Assembly: GCA_033581555.1 (NCBI GenBank)
Contig: JAVQSZ010000003.1
Coordinates: 118,474-179,195, forward strand
Direction: 5' to 3'
Origin: Nitrososphaerota archaeon
GTDB lineage: Archaea; Thermoproteota; Nitrososphaeria_A; Caldarchaeales; Calditenuaceae
Length of the DNA stretch: 60,722 nt
Shown: positions 57,697 to 60,722 of the stretch, piece by piece
Position numbering within the stretch: the stretch's first letter is position 1
Layout: the number at the start of each line of letters is the position of its first letter
The notes under the pieces: model-generated
The model's input: the letters and a program-made list of their open reading frames with translations, nothing else
What the model was told of the DNA's origin: nothing
The model's database searches: none
Position numbers and translations under genes: made by a program

Positions 57697-58881
57697 ATGC
57701 TCAGACAGATCGAGTGCGTCTCCGCCTGGGAGCTGGAGGGGACGTGGAAGGGCGCGAGGAAGTCGAGCGGCCATTCGCTCCACGCGCTCTGCTCGAGGAC
57801 CGGGTCGTTCCCGCCGGCGCTCGCCCGGTTCTTCATCGAGAGGTACTCGGGGCCGGGTTCCGTGGTACTGGATCCGTTCTCCGGGAAGGGCACGGCACCT
57901 CTCGAGGCTTGTCTCGCTGGTAGGGTCGGAGTGGGGAACGACCTCGCGCCGGAGGCGTATGTGCTCACCAGGGCGAAGGTCAGGCCCGTGAGCCTAGAGG
58001 AGGTGATCGGATGGGTCAAGAGGAACAGGAGCTTCATCGAGTCCTACCGGGGCACCGACGCCCCAGAGGAGGTCCAGGTCTTCTACAGCAGGAGCACCCT
58101 GAGGCAGTTGCTGGCCGTGAGGGAGCTCCTCTCCGAGCCCGAGACGGACGTCGAGTACTTCGTGACCGCGGTGATGCTCGGGATCCTCCACGGCTCCTCC
58201 TCGGACTCGCTCTCCGTCAAGTGCTCCCACTCCTTCTCGATGTCGCCGAAGTACGTCGAGAAGGCCGTTAGGGTATCGGGGCTCAGGAGGCCCGAGAGGA
58301 ACGTGGCCGACTGCATCCTGAGGCGCGCCGAGAGGGTCCTCGCGGACAGGCTCCCCCCAGTCAAGGGGATCGCGTTCGAGGGCGACGCTCGGTCCCTGCC
58401 CATCCCTCCGGAGTCCGTGGACCTGATAGTCACCTCCCCGCCCTACTTCAACATGCAGACCTACGCGTGGGACAACTGGCTGAGGCTCTGGTTCCTCGGC
58501 CACGAATACAAGGAGGTGGCCAGGAGGCTCTTCCACACGGATTCGGTCAGCAGGTTCCTCTCCTTCGCCGAGGAGTTCCTGACGGAGTTCAACAGGGTGC
58601 TTAGGCCCGGCGGGTCCTGCTTCCTGGTGCTAGGCGTCGTGAGGCTCAGGGGGGAGACGGTCAACATGGCCGAGCTCCTGCTGAACGTCGTCGATAGGAC
58701 GGGGTTCGAGCCGGTTAGGGTGATCACCGACGAGATCCCCAAGGAGAAGAAGTACTTGATGTACCTCGGCACCGACCAGGGCGTGAATAGGGAGGTGGTC
58801 CTGGAGCTCCTGAAGCCGGAGTCCGTCCCGGGGCGCTCCCCGCGGGCAGGTCGCGGCGGGCTGATCTCGGTTGTTGGTTGA
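57697..58881 (+). CDS. Amino (N4-C/N6-A) DNA methyltransferase
   Basis: VLDPFSGKGT (motif I) near the N-terminus; DLIVTSPPY (motif IV) and RVLRPGG in the C-terminal half. Confidence 0.85.
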   Translation: MLRQIECVSAWELEGTWKGARKSSGHSLHALCSRTGSFPPALARFFIERYSGPGSVVLDPFSGKGTAPLEACLAGRVGVGNDLAPEAYVLTRAKVRPVSLEEVIGWVKRNRSFIESYRGTDAPEEVQVFYSRSTLRQLLAVRELLSEPETDVEYFVTAVMLGILHGSSSDSLSVKCSHSFSMSPKYVEKAVRVSGLRRPERNVADCILRRAERVLADRLPPVKGIAFEGDARSLPIPPESVDLIVTSPPYFNMQTYAWDNWLRLWFLGHEYKEVARRLFHTDSVSRFLSFAEEFLTEFNRVLRPGGSCFLVLGVVRLRGETVNMAELLLNVVDRTGFEPVRVITDEIPKEKKYLMYLGTDQGVNREVVLELLKPESVPGRSPRAGRGGLISVVG

Positions 58882-59983
58882 GACCCACGGCGAGGTCTGC
58901 AGGCTCGGTTACCTGAGGGTCATCGCGGCCGTAGCGGCGACGCTCGAGGGGAGCGCCTCTCTGGAGTACGTGGCAGCGGTCCTCCACAACATCGCGACGA
59001 ACGCGCCCTTCTCCAGCCCCGCCGAGGCCAAGACCACCGGCGTGATCAGGAACCCGGTCACAGCGAGGAACTACGTGACGCTCGCGAAGGAGCTGGGCTT
59101 CGTTAACCCGAGGTCAGGTCTGTTGGGCCCGATGGGCAGGTTCTTCATCTCGCTGAGGTCATCCGCGAAGTTCGTCGCGCTGGTCAGGGGCGACGCGAGG
59201 CTGACCCACAGGGACCTGATCTCCCTCACCCCCTTCGAGAGGTTCTTCATGCTCTACGCGGTCTACTCGAGGGACCACCTGGTCATGAAGAGGTTGATAC
59301 ACTTCGTGACGGAGAGGAGGGAGTTCACCAGGAACGACGGCATGAACTACCTGATGGAGGAGGTCTACCCCGAGGCCCTTAGGCTCGCCGCGTCAAGCGC
59401 GGGGAAGAGGAGGAAGGCCGAGTACCTCCAGAAGCTCGAGGAGGCGACGAGGTTCAGGGAGATCAGGGAGAGCTACGGGAGGAAGTCCGACTGGATCAGG
59501 AGCACCCTTTACGCGAAGTACAGGCACATCGCGCCCCCGAGGATCGAGTGGTTGGTCGACCTCGGCCTGCTCGAGAAGGTCGGCAGGGGGAAGTACGCGG
59601 CCACGCAGTTCCTCCTCTCCAACGCCGAGGCTGTCAGGAAGGCGATGGAGTTCCCGCCGTCCTCCGGGGCCGACGCGCTCTTCTCCGTGATCGCGCCGCT
59701 CTACGTGAAGTACGTCAAGGCCCCCCCGAAGCAGGTCGTGCTCGAGGAGCTCTCGAGGTCCTTCAGGTCGCTCTCAGGGGGAGGAAGGGAGCCCGTGGGT
59801 CTGAGGGCCCTCGAGCTGGTCACGGCCTTCTCGCTCCTCGAGAACAACTACCTGATGACGCCGAAGGAGCTCCACAACTTCGTCAACGGGCTCACGCTCA
59901 TCTACAGCGACAGGATCTACGTCGTGCCCGGCGAGGACGGCCTTTACGTCACGAGGTTCTCCGTCATGGACTCGGAGCCCTGA
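58871..59983 (+). CDS. Hypothetical protein with two winged-helix-like segments
   Basis: ARNYVTLAKELGFV and RIEWLVDLGLLEKVGRGKY; 11-nt overlap with the methyltransferase. Confidence 0.65.
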   Translation: MLVETHGEVCRLGYLRVIAAVAATLEGSASLEYVAAVLHNIATNAPFSSPAEAKTTGVIRNPVTARNYVTLAKELGFVNPRSGLLGPMGRFFISLRSSAKFVALVRGDARLTHRDLISLTPFERFFMLYAVYSRDHLVMKRLIHFVTERREFTRNDGMNYLMEEVYPEALRLAASSAGKRRKAEYLQKLEEATRFREIRESYGRKSDWIRSTLYAKYRHIAPPRIEWLVDLGLLEKVGRGKYAATQFLLSNAEAVRKAMEFPPSSGADALFSVIAPLYVKYVKAPPKQVVLEELSRSFRSLSGGGREPVGLRALELVTAFSLLENNYLMTPKELHNFVNGLTLIYSDRIYVVPGEDGLYVTRFSVMDSEP

Positions 59984-60023
59984 CCCTGAGGTGGGAGTCG
60001 CATGGCGTCCGGGGGCGTTGTGA

Positions 60024-60587
60024 TCAGCGCCGGCGCAGCAGGTGCTCTGTCAACGACCTGAAGGCCTTGGCCCTGTGGGAGAAGAGGTTCTTCTCGTCGA
60101 CCGTCATCTCGGCGAACGTTCTCGTCTCTCCCTCTGGGACGAAGACCGGGTCGAACCCGAACCCGCTTGAGCCCCTGGGAGCGTCTGCGATTCGCCCGTC
60201 GGCGCGGCCCGTGAAGACCACGACGTTCCCGTCAGAGTCGGCGAATCCTACCGCAGAGAGGAAGTGCGCCCTCCGGTCCTCGACGCCAGACATCAGCTTC
60301 AGGAGCCCTTCGATGCCTATCGTCCTGTGGACGTAGGAGGAGTAGGGACCGGGGAAGCCCCTTAGCGCCTCCACGAAGAGCCCCGCGTCCTCCACGGCCA
60401 CCCGGCCTCCGAACTTGCCGTAGGCCTCGATCGCCGACGTCCTCGCTATCTCGGTGAGGTCGTCGGACTGGACCTCCGTCAGCCTCGCCCTCACCCACTC
60501 GCACTCGATGCCCATCGACGACAGGAGCCTCGAGACCTCGAACCACTTCCCCTCGTTGGAGGTGACGAACTTCAGCCCCGCCGCCAC
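60024..60587 (-). CDS. rdgB: Non-canonical purine NTP pyrophosphatase (RdgB/Ham1)
   Basis: FVTSNEGK, EDAGL, GFPGPYS, GFGFDPVF, SHRAKA. Confidence 0.93.
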   Translation of the reverse strand: MAAGLKFVTSNEGKWFEVSRLLSSMGIECEWVRARLTEVQSDDLTEIARTSAIEAYGKFGGRVAVEDAGLFVEALRGFPGPYSSYVHRTIGIEGLLKLMSGVEDRRAHFLSAVGFADSDGNVVVFTGRADGRIADAPRGSSGFGFDPVFVPEGETRTFAEMTVDEKNLFSHRAKAFRSLTEHLLRRR

Positions 60588-60673
60588 GCCGGTGAGCGCG
60601 ACGTCGCGTTGATAACCGTCTTCCTGCGTCGGGCTCGTAGGATAATATCGCGGCCCTCGGACGATGATAGGTC

Positions 60674-60722
60674 ATGGGCGAGGCCGGGACTGCCTACGAG
60701 GCGCTCCTCCGGGCGCTCGAAG
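60674..60722 (+). CDS. Possible 5' end of a gene running off the window
   Basis: ATG-initiated MGEAGTAYEALLRALE..., about 25-30 nt after ATAATAT. Confidence 0.4.
   Translation, partial: MGEAGTAYEALLRALE

Noticed and set aside
1-60722. CRISPR arrays, intact transposases or integrases, inteins, rRNA genes
   Set aside because: No regularly spaced repeats or recombinase/transposase motifs seen by eye; AtpA, Lhr, LeuS and TopA have ordinary lengths without intein-like insertions.

Overview
GC-rich, gene-dense archaeal chromosome segment. Pantoate kinase/PPS, Hjc, Rpo12, Cgi121, PAC2, A-type ATPase, archaeal LeuRS and AbrB-PhoU point to a TACK archaeon; a thermophilic Aigarchaeota/Caldarchaeales-like organism is my inference, not shown directly. 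Most of the window is housekeeping: a CoA precursor operon (pok-pps-panB), trpEGDCFBA followed by lipA-lipB, pstSCAB with a divergent AbrB-PhoU regulator, leuS, thiL, Lhr helicase, XPF, topoisomerase IA and tRNA-Leu(CAG). Several normally clustered subunits are isolated here (rps4, rps8, rpoP, atpA, nuoD, a CoxL/CutA-like large subunit). The main unexplained signals are: (1) a ~177-nt highly structured, apparently independently transcribed ncRNA at 30973-31149 that I cannot assign to a known family; (2) an amino-DNA-methyltransferase coupled to a tandem winged-helix protein with no visible nuclease, behind nested inverted repeats; (3) an ECF-S/ArsR/ECF-S unit with an 18-bp perfect palindrome; (4) repeated CTA(A/T)ATA(G/T) boxes between pstS and phoU; (5) small ORFs and decayed toxin-antitoxin remnants absent from the ORF track. 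All protein calls come from motif recognition by eye; no database searches were run. Several starts were shortened relative to the ORF track using TATA-box spacing and homology.
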